Below, in pieces: positions 11,436-22,100 of a DNA stretch of 64,000 nucleotides (positions are counted from its first letter, which is position 1; each line of letters begins with the position of its first letter). The translations under genes were made by a program, and so were the position numbers. Source of the stretch: Cyanobacteriota bacterium (GTDB lineage Bacteria; Cyanobacteriota; Cyanobacteriia; PCC-6307; Cyanobiaceae); contig JAQCGH010000003.1 in NCBI GenBank assembly GCA_027620015.1, forward strand, positions 3,230 to 67,229, written 5' to 3'. The notes under the pieces are model-generated. The model made no database searches, was not told the origin of the DNA, and saw only the letters and a list, made by a program, of their open reading frames with translations.

Positions 11436-11975
11436 ATGTCTCGTATTGGTAAAGCGCCGATTCCCCTCCCCGACAAGGTGAGTGTCAGCCTCAATGGCTT
11501 GGCGGTCACCGTGAAGGGTCCTAAGGGCGAACTCAGCCGCACCCTGCCCGAAGGGGTGCAGATCTCCCAGGACGGCAACACCCTGGTGGTGAGCCCCAGC
11601 AGCGAAACCCGTCGCTCCCGCGAGCGCCACGGTCTTTGCCGCACGCTTGTCGCCAACATGGTGGAAGGCGTAAGCCAGGGATACATCCGCAAGCTGGAAA
11701 TAATTGGCGTGGGCTACCGCGCCGCCCTACAAGGCACAAAGCTTGTGGTCTCAGCTGGCTACAGCCACCAGGTGGAGATGGTGCCCCCCGAAGGCGTCAG
11801 CTTCTCCGTAGAGGGAAACACCACGGTGTTTGTCTCCGGTGCTAACAAGGAATTGGTCGGCAACGAAGCTGCCAAGGTTCGCGCCATTCGTCCACCTGAG
11901 CCCTACAAGGGCAAGGGCATCAAGTACGAGGGTGAGCGCATTCTGCGTAAGGCCGGTAAGACCGGTAAGAAATGA
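11436..11975 (+). CDS. rplF: 50S ribosomal protein L6
   Basis: MSRIGKAPI...[13 protein letters not shown]. Confidence 0.99.
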   Translation: MSRIGKAPIPLPDKVSVSLNGLAVTVKGPKGELSRTLPEGVQISQDGNTLVVSPSSETRRSRERHGLCRTLVANMVEGVSQGYIRKLEIIGVGYRAALQGTKLVVSAGYSHQVEMVPPEGVSFSVEGNTTVFVSGANKELVGNEAAKVRAIRPPEPYKGKGIKYEGERILRKAGKTGKK

Positions 11976-12007
11976 GGTCTGCCTGAGCGTCGTTACCCTG
12001 TATCTCT

Positions 12008-12373
12008 ATGTCATCCATCTCCCGCAAACAGCAGACCCAGAAGCGTCACCGCCGCCTGCGTCGTCAGCTCACTGGCACGTCCTCCCGTCCCCGGTTGGCC
12101 GTGTTCCGCTCGAATAACCACATTTACGCCCAAGTCATAGACGACGACGCCCAGAACACCCTCTGCGCGGCTTCGACCCTCGACAAGGACCTGCGCACCA
12201 ACCTCGACGCCAGCTCTACCTGCGATGCCTCCGTTGCCGTAGGCGAGCTGGTCGCCAAACGAGCGCTCGCCCAAGGCATCCTGCAGGTGGTCTTCGATCG
12301 AGGCGGCAACCTGTACCACGGCCGGGTCAAGGCCCTGGCTGACGCCGCCCGGGAAGCGGGCCTTCAGTTCTGA
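12008..12373 (+). CDS. rplR: 50S ribosomal protein L18
   Basis: [16 protein letters not shown]...[12 protein letters not shown]. Confidence 0.99.
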   Translation: MSSISRKQQTQKRHRRLRRQLTGTSSRPRLAVFRSNNHIYAQVIDDDAQNTLCAASTLDKDLRTNLDASSTCDASVAVGELVAKRALAQGILQVVFDRGGNLYHGRVKALADAAREAGLQF

Positions 12374-12387
12374 TCCCTGCTCTCACC

Positions 12388-13041
12388 ATGACCGAAACCA
12401 ACGATCAAGTTCAGTCCAACGACATCCCGGCCGCATCGGATGTACCTGCTGCTGCCGAAGGCCAGCAGGATCGCCGCGGTGGCCGGGCTGAAGGCCGTGG
12501 CGGCGATAACCGTCGCGGTGGCGGCCGTGGGCGCGACAACCGTCGCGGCCAGGAGCGCGACTCCGAATGGCAGGAGCGGGTAGTGCAGATCCGCCGTGTC
12601 TCCAAGACCGTTAAAGGCGGCAAGAAGATGAGCTTCCGAGCCATCATTGTTGTTGGCAACGAGAAGGGCCAAGTGGGTGTAGGCGTCGGCAAAGCTGGCG
12701 ACGTTATCGGGGCAGTCCGCAAGGGCGTAGCCGATGGCAAAAAGCACCTGGTCAAGGTGCCCCTCACCCGTCACAGCTCCATCCCTACCCTCAGCAACGG
12801 CCGAGACGGAGCCGCCAGCGTGCTGATCCGTCCGGCAGCGCCAGGAACCGGGGTGATTGCGGGCGGCTCAATCCGCACGGTGCTCGAACTAGCCGGCATC
12901 AAAAATGTGCTGGCCAAGCGTCTCGGATCTAAGACCCCCCTCAACAACGCCCGTGCTGCGATGGTGGCTTTAGCCGGCCTTCGCACCCACAAGGAGACCG
13001 CCAAGGAGCGGGGCATCTCCCTTGAGCAGATTTACTCCTAA
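12388..13041 (+). CDS. rpsE: 30S ribosomal protein S5
   Basis: [15 protein letters not shown]...GTGVIAGG; RG-rich N-terminal extension. Confidence 0.99.
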   Translation: MTETNDQVQSNDIPAASDVPAAAEGQQDRRGGRAEGRGGDNRRGGGRGRDNRRGQERDSEWQERVVQIRRVSKTVKGGKKMSFRAIIVVGNEKGQVGVGVGKAGDVIGAVRKGVADGKKHLVKVPLTRHSSIPTLSNGRDGAASVLIRPAAPGTGVIAGGSIRTVLELAGIKNVLAKRLGSKTPLNNARAAMVALAGLRTHKETAKERGISLEQIYS

Positions 13042-13050
13042 GGCCTCGTC

Positions 13051-13500
13051 ATGACCTTCAATCTCCAGTCCCTAAAACCAAACCCTGGCGCTAGACGCCG
13101 CAAGCTCCGCAAGGGTCGTGGCATCGCTGCAGGCCAGGGAGCCAGCTGCGGTTTCGGCATGCGCGGCCAGAAGTCCCGCTCAGGTCGTCCGACCCGTCCT
13201 GGCTTCGAGGGTGGCCAAATGCCTCTCTATCGGCGCATCCCCAAGCTCAAGCACTTTGAGCTGGTCAACCAGAAAGAATTCACGATCATCAACGTGGCCA
13301 AGCTCGCCGACTGCAAAGCCGGAAGCACCATCAGCCTCGATTCCTTGGTGAAAGAAGGTCTCGTGACCAACCCCAAGCATCCCCTGAAGGTTCTTGGCAA
13401 CGGTGAACTCTCCGTCAAGCTCACAGTGCAGGCCGCCGCGTTTACTGCCAGCGCACGCACGAAGATCGAAGCTGCCGGTGGTAGCTGCGAAGTCATCTGA
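13051..13500 (+). CDS. rplO: 50S ribosomal protein L15
   Basis: [10 protein letters not shown]...[15 protein letters not shown]. Confidence 0.99.
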   Translation: MTFNLQSLKPNPGARRRKLRKGRGIAAGQGASCGFGMRGQKSRSGRPTRPGFEGGQMPLYRRIPKLKHFELVNQKEFTIINVAKLADCKAGSTISLDSLVKEGLVTNPKHPLKVLGNGELSVKLTVQAAAFTASARTKIEAAGGSCEVI

Positions 13501-13530
13501 TCTCCTTGCGGGGCTCCGCCCTAAGGTCTG

Positions 13531-13583
13531 AGCCGTCCAGTCGAGCCCCGGGCACGCCAAGGGGCTTGATGGACGCTTTTTTT
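13531..13583 (+). terminator. Terminator-like hairpin plus T7 between rplO and secY
   Basis: AGCCGTCCA/TGGACGCT and TCGAGCCCC/GGGGCTTGA stems followed by TTTTTTT. Confidence 0.55.
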
Positions 13584-13602
13584 ATGTTGACCACACGCCG
13601 CC

Positions 13603-14922
13603 ATGCTTGTTAGCCGGGGTCGCAACCCAAGTGCTGGGGAAATCCTCAGCCAACTGATCCAGTCGAAGGGCCTTCGCGACCGGGTGCTAACCACCCTCGG
13701 CCTGCTGCTGCTGGTACGGCTGGGCATCTACATCCCGATGCCAGGCATCGATCGGGTGGCCTTTCAGCAGTTCCTCTCCCAGGGCGGACAGCTGATCGGG
13801 TTCCTAGACATTTTCACCGGAGGCGGCCTGTCCACCCTCGGCGTTTTTGCTCTGGGGATTCTGCCGTTCATCAACGCCTCAATCATCATTCAGCTGCTCA
13901 CCGCTGCCCTGCCCCAACTGGAGGACCTCCAGAAAAATGAGGGTGAGGCTGGCCGGCGCAAGATCGCCCAGATAACCAGATACGTTGCTCTGGGGTGGGG
14001 GATCTTGCAGAGCCTGGTATTTGCCCTGATCCTGCGGCAATACGCCACAGAGGGCCTTTCGGAGCCGGTGTTTGTGATCCAGACGGCCCTCGCCCTGGTC
14101 ACAGGTTCCATGGTGGTGATGTGGATCAGCGAGGTCATTACTGAGCGGGGCATCGGTCAAGGCGCCTCGCTGGTGATCTTTGTCAACATCGTGGCCACCC
14201 TGCCTAAGGCCCTGGGATCAACGATCGAGCTGGCCCAGAGCGGCGACCGCAGCACAGTGGGCGGCATCGTCGTGCTGGTGCTGGTTTTCCTGCTGACGAT
14301 CGTGGGGATCATCTTTGTTCAGGAAGGCAACCGCCGCATCCCAATTGTGAGCGCCAAGCGCCAAGTGGGCGGGGCAGGGGTGCTTGCGGCGCGGCAGAGC
14401 TACCTGCCGCTCAAGCTCAACGCTGGCGGCGTGATGCCGATCATTTTTGCCTCGGCCGTGGTGTTTCTGCCGCTCACCATTGCCAACCTCACCGGCAACC
14501 CTTGGCTGATTAAGTTAGCGGGTTACCTCAACCCCAACAGCAGCACTCCCTGGCTCTATGCCTTGGTTTTCTTCAGCCTGATATGTGGCTTCGGCTTCTT
14601 CTATGCCTCACTCACAGTGAACCCGGTGGACATCGCCACCAACCTCAAACGCACTGGTGTTGCCATTCCAGGCGTGAGACCCGGCTCCGCCACTGCCAGT
14701 TTTCTAAGCGGCGTACAAAACAGACTCACCTTGCTCGGCGGCTTATTCCTCGGCGCCGTTGCGATCATCCCCTCAGCAGTGGAAGGGGCCACCCAGGTGC
14801 GCACCTTTCAGGGGCTGGGTGCCACATCCCTGCTGATCTTGGTGGGCGTTGCTATCGACACAGCCAAACAAGTGCAGACCTATGTGATTTCCCAGCGCTA
14901 CGAGGGCATGGTGCGCCAATGA
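13603..14922 (+). CDS. secY: Preprotein translocase subunit SecY
   Basis: FALGILPFINASII, ITERGIGQGASL, GGVMPIIFA and GATSLLILVGV motifs. Confidence 0.99.
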   Translation: MLVSRGRNPSAGEILSQLIQSKGLRDRVLTTLGLLLLVRLGIYIPMPGIDRVAFQQFLSQGGQLIGFLDIFTGGGLSTLGVFALGILPFINASIIIQLLTAALPQLEDLQKNEGEAGRRKIAQITRYVALGWGILQSLVFALILRQYATEGLSEPVFVIQTALALVTGSMVVMWISEVITERGIGQGASLVIFVNIVATLPKALGSTIELAQSGDRSTVGGIVVLVLVFLLTIVGIIFVQEGNRRIPIVSAKRQVGGAGVLAARQSYLPLKLNAGGVMPIIFASAVVFLPLTIANLTGNPWLIKLAGYLNPNSSTPWLYALVFFSLICGFGFFYASLTVNPVDIATNLKRTGVAIPGVRPGSATASFLSGVQNRLTLLGGLFLGAVAIIPSAVEGATQVRTFQGLGATSLLILVGVAIDTAKQVQTYVISQRYEGMVRQ

Positions 14923-14983
14923 AAAACAGCCACTTGCATGGCGGCCTCGCAGCAACCACTTTCCCTTTTTAGCAATTTTAGCG

Positions 14984-15544
14984 ATGAAGCAACGTCTTCT
15001 CTTCCTTGGCCCTCCTGGCGCCGGTAAGGGCACTCAAGCCCAGCAACTGGCCTCAGATCGCCAGCTACTTCATCTCTCTACAGGCGACCTGCTGAGGGCA
15101 GAGGTGACTGCTGGCAGCGATCTGGGCAAGGAAGCCGAGGCCGTAATGGCAAGCGGCGAGCTGGTTAGCGATGCGCTGGTGCTGGCGATAGTGCGTGGCC
15201 GGCTGGAAGCACTGGCCTCAAGTGGCGGCGGTGGCTGGTTGCTTGATGGCTTTCCTCGCAACCTCGCCCAAGCCGAAGCTCTGGGACTGTTGCTCGATGA
15301 GCTGCAGCAACCAATCGAGCTGGTGGTACTGATGGAGCTTGACGACACCATCTTGATCCAAAGGCTCCTCAGCCGAGGGCGCTCTGACGACAACGAAAGC
15401 GTGATTCGCCACCGGCTGGAGGTCTACCGGGAACAGACCGCACCCCTGATTCACCATTATCAGGAACTTGGCTTGCTGCAGGCCATTGAAGCCAATGGCA
15501 GCGTCGATTCGATCGCCAAATGTATCGCCGCACTGCTTAGCTGA
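14984..15544 (+). CDS. adk: Adenylate kinase (short LID)
   Basis: GPPGAGKGT P-loop, HLSTGDLLR, LLDGFPRN. Confidence 0.97.
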   Translation: MKQRLLFLGPPGAGKGTQAQQLASDRQLLHLSTGDLLRAEVTAGSDLGKEAEAVMASGELVSDALVLAIVRGRLEALASSGGGGWLLDGFPRNLAQAEALGLLLDELQQPIELVVLMELDDTILIQRLLSRGRSDDNESVIRHRLEVYREQTAPLIHHYQELGLLQAIEANGSVDSIAKCIAALLS

Positions 15545-15609
15545 ATCACGGGAGGGTGTTGACCCGTGTGGTAGCTTGTCGGTTTGCAAAATAGGAGAGC
15601 ACAATTCCA

Positions 15610-15723
15610 ATGAAGGTGCGTGCTTCGGTCAAGAGAATGTGCGAAAAATGTCGGGTGATTCGTCGCCACGGCAGGGTAATGGTGATCTGCACCAACCCCA
15701 AGCACAAACAGCGCCAAGGCTAA
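15610..15723 (+). CDS. rpmJ: 50S ribosomal protein L36 (not in the ORF track)
   Basis: Manual translation [37 protein letters not shown]; Zn-ribbon C-C-C-H form. Confidence 0.99.
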   Translation: MKVRASVKRMCEKCRVIRRHGRVMVICTNPKHKQRQG

Positions 15724-15814
15724 TTAGCCCTAGCTAATCCCCTTGGGGATCAGCTTCGCATCATTTCCCAGCTCCGCTCAGGCGAAGCCCCTTACCCTTT
15801 CATCAAATTCCTAC

Positions 15815-16180
15815 GTGGCTCGGATTGCCGGCGTTGATATCCCACGCGAAAAGCGCGTCGAGATTGCCCTCACCTACGTGTATGGCATAGGTCTCACTCG
15901 TGCTCAAAAGATTTTGGCAAAATCCGGGGTCAGCCCAGACATCCGGGTAAAAGATCTCAGCGACGCCGACGTCCAGAAATTGCGCGGTGCGGCTGAAACC
16001 TTCACTCTCGAAGGCGACCTGCGCCGTCAAGAGGGCATGGCCCTCAAGCGCCTTCAAGACATCGGCTGCGTACGCGGTCGACGCCATCGCATGGGGCTGC
16101 CCGTGCGTGGCCAGCGCACCCGCACCAATGCGCGCACCCGTCGCGGTGCACGCAAAACCGTGGCAGGTAAGAAGAAGTAA
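15815..16180 (+). CDS. rpsM: 30S ribosomal protein S13
   Basis: GTG start; ARIAGVDIP...[14 protein letters not shown]. Confidence 0.99.
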   Translation: MARIAGVDIPREKRVEIALTYVYGIGLTRAQKILAKSGVSPDIRVKDLSDADVQKLRGAAETFTLEGDLRRQEGMALKRLQDIGCVRGRRHRMGLPVRGQRTRTNARTRRGARKTVAGKKK

Positions 16181-16297
16181 GACCTCGCCTTTCTTTAGCT
16201 GCCTACACCCTGCCGCCAACAGCGCAAGCGACCGGCGTCACCAGGGTGCCCCCCGACGTTCCCCTGATCACCTCCTGCCTCAGCAGGCCTTTCCGCC

Positions 16298-16690
16298 ATG
16301 GCAAAGCCAGCCAAAAAATCCGGCTCCAAGAAAACCAAACGCAACGTGCCCAACGGCGTTGCCCACATTCAGAGCACCTTCAACAACACGATCGTGTCGA
16401 TCACTGACACAGCCGGAGAGGTGATCTCCTGGAGTTCGGCCGGCGCAAGCGGCTTCAAAGGAGCCCGAAAAGGCACACCTTTTGCCGCCCAAACCGCAGC
16501 TGAAGCAGCTGCCCGTCGTGCCCTTGAGCAAGGCATGCGCCAGATCGAGGTGTTGGTACGGGGTCCTGGTTCAGGCCGCGAAACAGCAATCCGAGCCCTG
16601 CAAGTAGCCGGTCTTGAAATCACTCTTATCCGCGACGTGACTCCCCTTCCCCACAACGGCTGCCGTCGCTCCAAGCGCCGTCGCGTCTGA
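16298..16690 (+). CDS. rpsK: 30S ribosomal protein S11
   Basis: [12 protein letters not shown]...[11 protein letters not shown]. Confidence 0.99.
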   Translation: MAKPAKKSGSKKTKRNVPNGVAHIQSTFNNTIVSITDTAGEVISWSSAGASGFKGARKGTPFAAQTAAEAAARRALEQGMRQIEVLVRGPGSGRETAIRALQVAGLEITLIRDVTPLPHNGCRRSKRRRV

Positions 16691-16746
16691 GTCGTCGTTT
16701 CGTTCCTGCCTCCTGGGCTCTCATTAACCTTCCGACCCTTCAGACC

Positions 16747-17685
16747 GTGTTGCATTACCAAATCGATCGCATTGAGCATCAGATCGCGGAAGACAGGTCC
16801 CAGACCGGCACCTTTCTGATCGGCCCCCTCGATCGCGGCCAGGCCACCACGCTTGGCAATGCCCTGCGGCGCGTCCTTATTGGCAGCCTCGAAGGCAGCG
16901 CCATCACTGCGGTACGCATTTCCGGGGTCAACCACGAATACGCCACCGTGCCTGGGGTTCGTGAAGATGTACTCGACATTCTTCTCAACTGCAAGCAGAT
17001 CTCCGTTAGCAGCCGCAACCGCGAGCTGGAGATCGGCCGCCTAGTAGTGAACGGCCCCGCGACGGTTACTGCCGCGGATCTGCAGTTCTCCTCCCAGGTG
17101 CAGGTAATCGATTCAGATCGCCTAATCGCAACCGTGGCTGAAGGCCACAGTCTCGAAATGGAGGTACACGTAGAGCGTGGTGTTGGCTATCGGCCCGTCA
17201 ATCGCCATAGCGAAGACACCAGCGCTATCGACCTACTTCAGATCGATGCTGTCTTCAAGCCAGTGCGCCGGGTTAACTACACGGTTGATGAAACCGCCGT
17301 TGGCGAAGGTGGATCCGCTCGCGAAAGACTGCGCCTGGAGATCGAAACCAACGGCAGCGTCACACCAGACGACGCCATGGCCCAATCAGCCAACCAGCTG
17401 ATCGGTCTGTTCCAGCCCCTGGCCAGCTTGACCATGGTGGAAGAGCCTGGCCTTGAGCCCGAGCCTTCAACCGAGGCACAGATTCCCCTCGAAGAACTCA
17501 ACCTCTCCGTGCGGGCCTACAACTGCCTGAAGCGCGCGCAGGTCAACTCCGTTTCCGACCTGATGGGCTTCAGCTACGAAGATCTGCTGGAGATTAAAAA
17601 CTTCGGCTCCAAATCAGCCGACGAGGTGATCGAAGCGCTGGAGCGCATCGGCATCACCCTGCCCCAGAGCCGCACTAGCGCCTGA
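16747..17685 (+). CDS. rpoA: RNA polymerase alpha subunit
   Basis: [42 protein letters not shown]. Confidence 0.99.
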   Translation: MLHYQIDRIEHQIAEDRSQTGTFLIGPLDRGQATTLGNALRRVLIGSLEGSAITAVRISGVNHEYATVPGVREDVLDILLNCKQISVSSRNRELEIGRLVVNGPATVTAADLQFSSQVQVIDSDRLIATVAEGHSLEMEVHVERGVGYRPVNRHSEDTSAIDLLQIDAVFKPVRRVNYTVDETAVGEGGSARERLRLEIETNGSVTPDDAMAQSANQLIGLFQPLASLTMVEEPGLEPEPSTEAQIPLEELNLSVRAYNCLKRAQVNSVSDLMGFSYEDLLEIKNFGSKSADEVIEALERIGITLPQSRTSA

Positions 17686-17729
17686 TCGGCGGCCCCTATA
17701 CCGATAGCCTTCTCACCTGAGTCAGCCCA

Positions 17730-18080
17730 ATGAGACACCAGTGCCGAGTCCCCATGCTGGGACGCCCCGCCGACCAACGCAAAGCCATGCTGCGTGGCCT
17801 CACCACCCAGCTAATCCGCGAAGGTCGCGTGACCACTACCAAAGCTCGTGCCAAGGCATTGCGCGATGAAGCCGAGCGCATGATCACCCTGGCCAAGGAC
17901 GGCAGCCTGTCTGCCCGGCGCCGCGCCATCGGCTACATCTATGACAAACAGTTAGTTCACGCTCTGTTTGACAAAGCTCAAGACCGCTACGGCGAGCGCC
18001 AAGGTGGCTATACCCGCATCATTCGCACCGTTCCCCGCCGCGGCGACAACGCCGAAATGGCCATCATCGAGTTGGTCTGA
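17730..18080 (+). CDS. rplQ: 50S ribosomal protein L17
   Basis: MRHQ...[10 protein letters not shown]...GGYTRI...[14 protein letters not shown]. Confidence 0.99.
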   Translation: MRHQCRVPMLGRPADQRKAMLRGLTTQLIREGRVTTTKARAKALRDEAERMITLAKDGSLSARRRAIGYIYDKQLVHALFDKAQDRYGERQGGYTRIIRTVPRRGDNAEMAIIELV

Positions 18081-18111
18081 GCTTCTCCCCGTCTGGCGAG
18101 ATTCCAAGGTG

Positions 18112-18142
18112 CCGCGGTGGCGAAACCCAACCGCGGTTTTTT
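18112..18142 (+). terminator. Rho-independent terminator after rplQ
   Basis: CCGCGGT...ACCGCGG stem followed by T6. Confidence 0.7.
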
Positions 18143-18151
18143 AATGGCTGC

Positions 18152-19072
18152 ATGGTGCCCTTGTTAATTGCTGCCCCAGCCCTGCGCCGCATCGCTCTTT
18201 GCATGCAGTACGACGGCTCCGCCTACTGCGGCTGGCAACGGCAACGCAATGCCCGCAGCGTGCAGCAGACCCTGGAGCAAGCGATCGCAGGGTTGGATCC
18301 CAATGGACCGAGCCACACCATGGCTGCTGGCCGCACCGATACGGGGGTGCATGCGGCTGCCCAGGTGGCACACTTCGAAGCTGCTGGGCCAATTCCAGCC
18401 GAGCGCTGGGCCAAGGCCCTTAATGGTCGACTACCAGCCACTATCCGCATCCGGGCAGCTGTAGAGGTTGACTCCAGCTGGCACGCCCGCTTCAGCGCAA
18501 GCTACCGGCGTTATCGCTATACGATCTACAACGCCCGCACCCCCAACCTGTTCCTGGCCCCCTGGAGCTGGCACCGCTATCAGCGCCGGCTCGATGAAAA
18601 AGCCATGGGCCAGGCCCTGGAAGCCATGCTCGGCGAACACGACTTTTCTGCCTTTCAACGCGCCGGCAGCCGCCGCGCCCACGGCCGCACCACCCTTCAG
18701 GAGGTGCATCTAGAGCGCCAAGGTGACCTAATCAGCGTCGAGTTGCAAGCCAGCGGTTTTCTTTACGGCATGGTGCGTCTGGTGCTGAGCCAACTAGTAG
18801 CGGTTGGCGAGGGGCGGCTCAGCGGCGCCGACTTCGAGCGCCACTGGCGCGAGTGCCAGCGGGTGGAAGTGAAAGAGGCCGCACCACCTCAGGGCCTCTG
18901 TTTGCTACGGGTGGGCTACCCCAAACCAGTATTCCCCAAAGCCGCCTGGTATGATTGCCAACCGCGGTATCAGCTCGAGATTTCCGATTCTCCGGATCTT
19001 AAGCATGGTTCAGCCCAGCCTTTCGTCAGTTCAGCGCAGCTACCTCCTGGGGGCGCGCCGGCCAGGCGGTAA
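18152..19072 (+). CDS. truA: tRNA pseudouridine(38-40) synthase
   Basis: [21 protein letters not shown] (catalytic Asp), FLYGMVR, APPQGL. Confidence 0.97.
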   Translation: MVPLLIAAPALRRIALCMQYDGSAYCGWQRQRNARSVQQTLEQAIAGLDPNGPSHTMAAGRTDTGVHAAAQVAHFEAAGPIPAERWAKALNGRLPATIRIRAAVEVDSSWHARFSASYRRYRYTIYNARTPNLFLAPWSWHRYQRRLDEKAMGQALEAMLGEHDFSAFQRAGSRRAHGRTTLQEVHLERQGDLISVELQASGFLYGMVRLVLSQLVAVGEGRLSGADFERHWRECQRVEVKEAAPPQGLCLLRVGYPKPVFPKAAWYDCQPRYQLEISDSPDLKHGSAQPFVSSAQLPPGGAPARR

Positions 19073-19153
19073 GGTCACTGAACCCGGTCGATGGGTTCCC
19101 AACGACCAGCTGTCCTGCCCCACTTCCGGCTTGCCGGTGCCTGATCAGGCGAA

Positions 19154-19606
19154 ATGAACAAGACCCCCCTGCCCTCAATCGATTCCCTCGACCGCCAGTG
19201 GTATCTGGTGGACGCAGAGAATCAGACTCTCGGTCGCCTGGCAAGCGAAGTGGCTCAAGTGCTGCGCGGCAAGAACAAGCCCTGCTACACACCCCACCTC
19301 GACACCGGCGACTTTGTCATCGTCATCAACGCCGACAAGGTGAGGGTGAGCGGAAACAAGTCGACCCAGAAGATTTATCGCCGCCACTCAGGCCGGCCCG
19401 GTGGCATGAAGACTGAAACCTTCGCCCACTTGCAAGCCAGGATCCCTGAGCGGATTGTGGAGAAAGCCATCAAAGGCATGCTTCCACACAACGCCCTAGG
19501 ACGTCAGCTGTTCCGCAAGCTGAAGGTTTACAAGGGTACCGAGCATCCCCATGCTGCCCAGCAACCCCAGGCCCTAGCCCTCGATCCCGCCACTGCCTCC
19601 CAATGA
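19154..19606 (+). CDS. rplM: 50S ribosomal protein L13
   Basis: LGRLASEVA...[11 protein letters not shown]...KGMLPHN. Confidence 0.99.
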   Translation: MNKTPLPSIDSLDRQWYLVDAENQTLGRLASEVAQVLRGKNKPCYTPHLDTGDFVIVINADKVRVSGNKSTQKIYRRHSGRPGGMKTETFAHLQARIPERIVEKAIKGMLPHNALGRQLFRKLKVYKGTEHPHAAQQPQALALDPATASQ

Positions 19607-20004
19607 GCACCAACAAAGTCGTCTATTGGGGTACGGGTCGTCGTAAGACGGCAGTCGCCCGAGTGCGTGTGGTCCCCGGCAACGGCACCGTGACCATCAA
19701 TGGTCGCCCCGGCGATAACTACCTCAACTACAACCCCGTTTATCTCGCAGCGGTTAAAGCTCCTCTGCAGACTCTCGGTTTGGCTACTGACTATGACCTT
19801 CTGGTGAATGTGCGTGGTGGTGGCCTTACTGGCCAAGCCGACGCCATTAAGCAGGGAGCTGCTCGTGCCCTGTGTGAATTGTCCCCGGACAACCGCAAAC
19901 CCCTTAAAACCGAAGGCCACCTCAGCCGCGACCCTCGCGCCAAAGAGCGTCGCAAGTACGGCCTGAAGAAAGCTCGTAAGGCGCCTCAGTTCTCCAAGCG
20001 CTGA
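19603..20004 (+). CDS. rpsI: 30S ribosomal protein S9
   Basis: [12 protein letters not shown]...GGGLTGQA...[10 protein letters not shown]. Confidence 0.99.
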   Translation: MSTNKVVYWGTGRRKTAVARVRVVPGNGTVTINGRPGDNYLNYNPVYLAAVKAPLQTLGLATDYDLLVNVRGGGLTGQADAIKQGAARALCELSPDNRKPLKTEGHLSRDPRAKERRKYGLKKARKAPQFSKR

Positions 20005-20037
20005 TTTCTTCTCCTCGCCATCAGCCCCTTCCCCGTC

Positions 20038-20352
20038 ATGCCCAAGGCCGAAATTCATCCCACCTGGTATCCCGAAGCCAAGGTGATTTGCAACGGAGAG
20101 GTGGTTATGACCACTGGCTCCACTTCCCCCGAACTCCACGTTGATGTTTGGAGTGGCAACCATCCCTTTTATACCGGCACCCAAAAGATTCTCGACACCG
20201 AGGGGCGTGTAGACCGCTTCATGCGCAAGTACGGCATGGGTGGAGCTGATTCACTCTCCAACGCAGCTGCCAAGCCAGAGGCTCAAGTTGAGGCTCCTGC
20301 CGAAGCGGCAACCCAAGTCGAACCCGAGGCCCCCGCTGTTGCCCAAGCCTGA
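20038..20352 (+). CDS. rpmE: 50S ribosomal protein L31 with Ala/Glu/Pro-rich C-terminal extension
   Basis: MPKAEIHPTWY...VDVWSGNHPFYTG...EGRVDRFMRKYG. Confidence 0.98.
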   Translation: MPKAEIHPTWYPEAKVICNGEVVMTTGSTSPELHVDVWSGNHPFYTGTQKILDTEGRVDRFMRKYGMGGADSLSNAAAKPEAQVEAPAEAATQVEPEAPAVAQA

Positions 20353-20378
20353 TCTATGCAGGCCTGATTGAACCCCCC

Positions 20379-20412
20379 AGCCGGGTGCTTACGGGCACCC
20401 GGCTTTGTGTTT
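20379..20412 (+). terminator. Terminator hairpin after rpmE
   Basis: AGCCGGGTGC-TTACGG-GCACCCGGCT perfect 10-bp stem followed by TTGTGTTT. Confidence 0.65.
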
Positions 20413-20446
20413 TCTGGTGCCCATGTGGGCTCCTCCTACCTCGCTG

Positions 20447-21544
20447 ATGGATCCTTCACTGCTGCATGAGCGCCTGGAGACGGCCCGCCGCACCTTTGAA
20501 ACCCTTGAACGCCAGCTGGCGGACCCAGCAGTGGCTGCCAATCCAAGCCAGATGCAGGCCATCGCCCGCGAGAGAGCTCGACTTGAGCCCCTGGTGCTGG
20601 ACCACTTGAACCTGCAGAAACTGCAGCAGGAAGAACGAGAAGCTCGCGCCCTACTGAAAGAACATCGGGGCGACCTCGCCATGGAGGAACTGGTAACCGA
20701 GGAGCTTGCAACCCTCGCGGATGCCACGGCCAGCCTGCTCGACAAGCTCACGGTGGCCCTGCTGCCACGAGACCCCCGTGATGAGCGCAGCGTGATGTTG
20801 GAGATCCGAGCCGGTGCCGGAGGCGATGAAGCGGCGATCTGGGCCGGCGATCTCGCCCGCATGTATGAGCGCTACGCCCAAGGGGTGGGCTGGCGGGTGG
20901 AACCTGTAAGCGCGTCCGAAGCCGAGCTAGGGGGCTACAAGGAACTAATCCTTGCAATTAAAGGTGATGGGGTTTTCAGCCAGCTGAAGTTCGAGGCCGG
21001 CGTGCACCGGGTGCAACGGGTACCGGCCACCGAGTCCCAGGGCAGGGTGCACACCTCAACTGCCACGGTCGCGGTGATGCCAGAGGCCGATCCCGTGGAG
21101 GTTCAGATCGATCCCGGCGACATCGAAATAAGTACCGCCCGCTCCGGTGGCGCTGGCGGCCAGAACGTAAACAAAGTGGAAACTGCCGTGGACCTTCTGC
21201 ACAAGCCCACCGGCATTCGGGTGTTCTGCACCCAGCAGCGCTCCCAGCTGCAGAACCGCGAGCGCGCCATGGAAATCCTGCGAGCCAAGCTTTACGAGCG
21301 CCAGCTGGCAGAAGCCAACGCCCAGGAGCGCTCCACCAGGCTTGCCCAGGTAGGTAGCGGCGATCGCAGCGAGAAGATCCGCACCTACAACTTCAAAGAC
21401 AATCGCACCACCGACCACCGCTTAGGCAAAAACTTCGCGCTTGAGCCGGTTCTCAACGGCCAGTTACACGACCTGATCAGTGCCTCAATAGCCGCCGATC
21501 AGAGCCGCCAACTCGAAGAGCTGGCCCAACAGGTTGCCAGCTAA
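20447..21544 (+). CDS. prfA: Peptide chain release factor 1
   Basis: PAT anticodon-mimic (RVPATESQG) and GGQ motif (GAGGQNVNK); ATG at 20447. Confidence 0.98.
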   Translation: MDPSLLHERLETARRTFETLERQLADPAVAANPSQMQAIARERARLEPLVLDHLNLQKLQQEEREARALLKEHRGDLAMEELVTEELATLADATASLLDKLTVALLPRDPRDERSVMLEIRAGAGGDEAAIWAGDLARMYERYAQGVGWRVEPVSASEAELGGYKELILAIKGDGVFSQLKFEAGVHRVQRVPATESQGRVHTSTATVAVMPEADPVEVQIDPGDIEISTARSGGAGGQNVNKVETAVDLLHKPTGIRVFCTQQRSQLQNRERAMEILRAKLYERQLAEANAQERSTRLAQVGSGDRSEKIRTYNFKDNRTTDHRLGKNFALEPVLNGQLHDLISASIAADQSRQLEELAQQVAS

Positions 21545-21549
21545 GGCCC

Positions 21550-22050
21550 TCAGGAGCCAATCACGTATTTTGCCCACTCGCCATGCTGACCAGCGGAGAT
21601 TTGGCGACTTGCTTCAAAGCTGAAGCTGCCCAAGGGCCGATGCGGTGGGCGCAGCAGGGGCATGGCCGCCTCCCGCGGAGTGCGGTTGCCCTTGCGGACA
21701 TTGCAGGGCAAACAAGCTGTGGTGACGTTTTCCCACGTATCAAGGCCACCGCGGCTGCGGGGCACCACATGATCGACAGAAAGCCGCTCAGCGCTGGCCC
21801 CGCAGTACTGGCAGCGATGGCCATCGCGGTGAAACAGGTTGCGGCGCGTCAAAGGCAACGGCTTGTAGGGCACCCGCACGAAATGACGCAGGCGGATCAC
21901 AGTTGGCAGCAACGTGTCCTCGCGAATCCTGCGGGCCGGGTCATGCTCAAGCCCCTCCGCCTTCCCCTTCAGCACCATCACCACCGCACGACGCCAGGTG
22001 GTGATGTTGAGGGGCTCGTAGGACGCGTTGAGAACCAGAACGTGCCCCAT
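21550..22050 (-). CDS. HNH endonuclease (McrA/HNH_5-like)
   Basis: VLVLNASYEPL N-terminus; CQYCG...DHVVPRSRGG...CLPCNVRKG; ATG at 22050. Confidence 0.9.
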   Translation of the reverse strand: MGHVLVLNASYEPLNITTWRRAVVMVLKGKAEGLEHDPARRIREDTLLPTVIRLRHFVRVPYKPLPLTRRNLFHRDGHRCQYCGASAERLSVDHVVPRSRGGLDTWENVTTACLPCNVRKGNRTPREAAMPLLRPPHRPLGSFSFEASRQISAGQHGEWAKYVIGS

Positions 22051-22100
22051 GCCAGCACACTTGATAGGGGGCATGCTAGTAGCAATCTTCGCTGTGTTCC

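Noticed and set aside
21550-22050. HNH gene as a homing endonuclease or Cas-like component
   Set aside because: No intron, intein, repeat array or cas genes, and composition is host-like.
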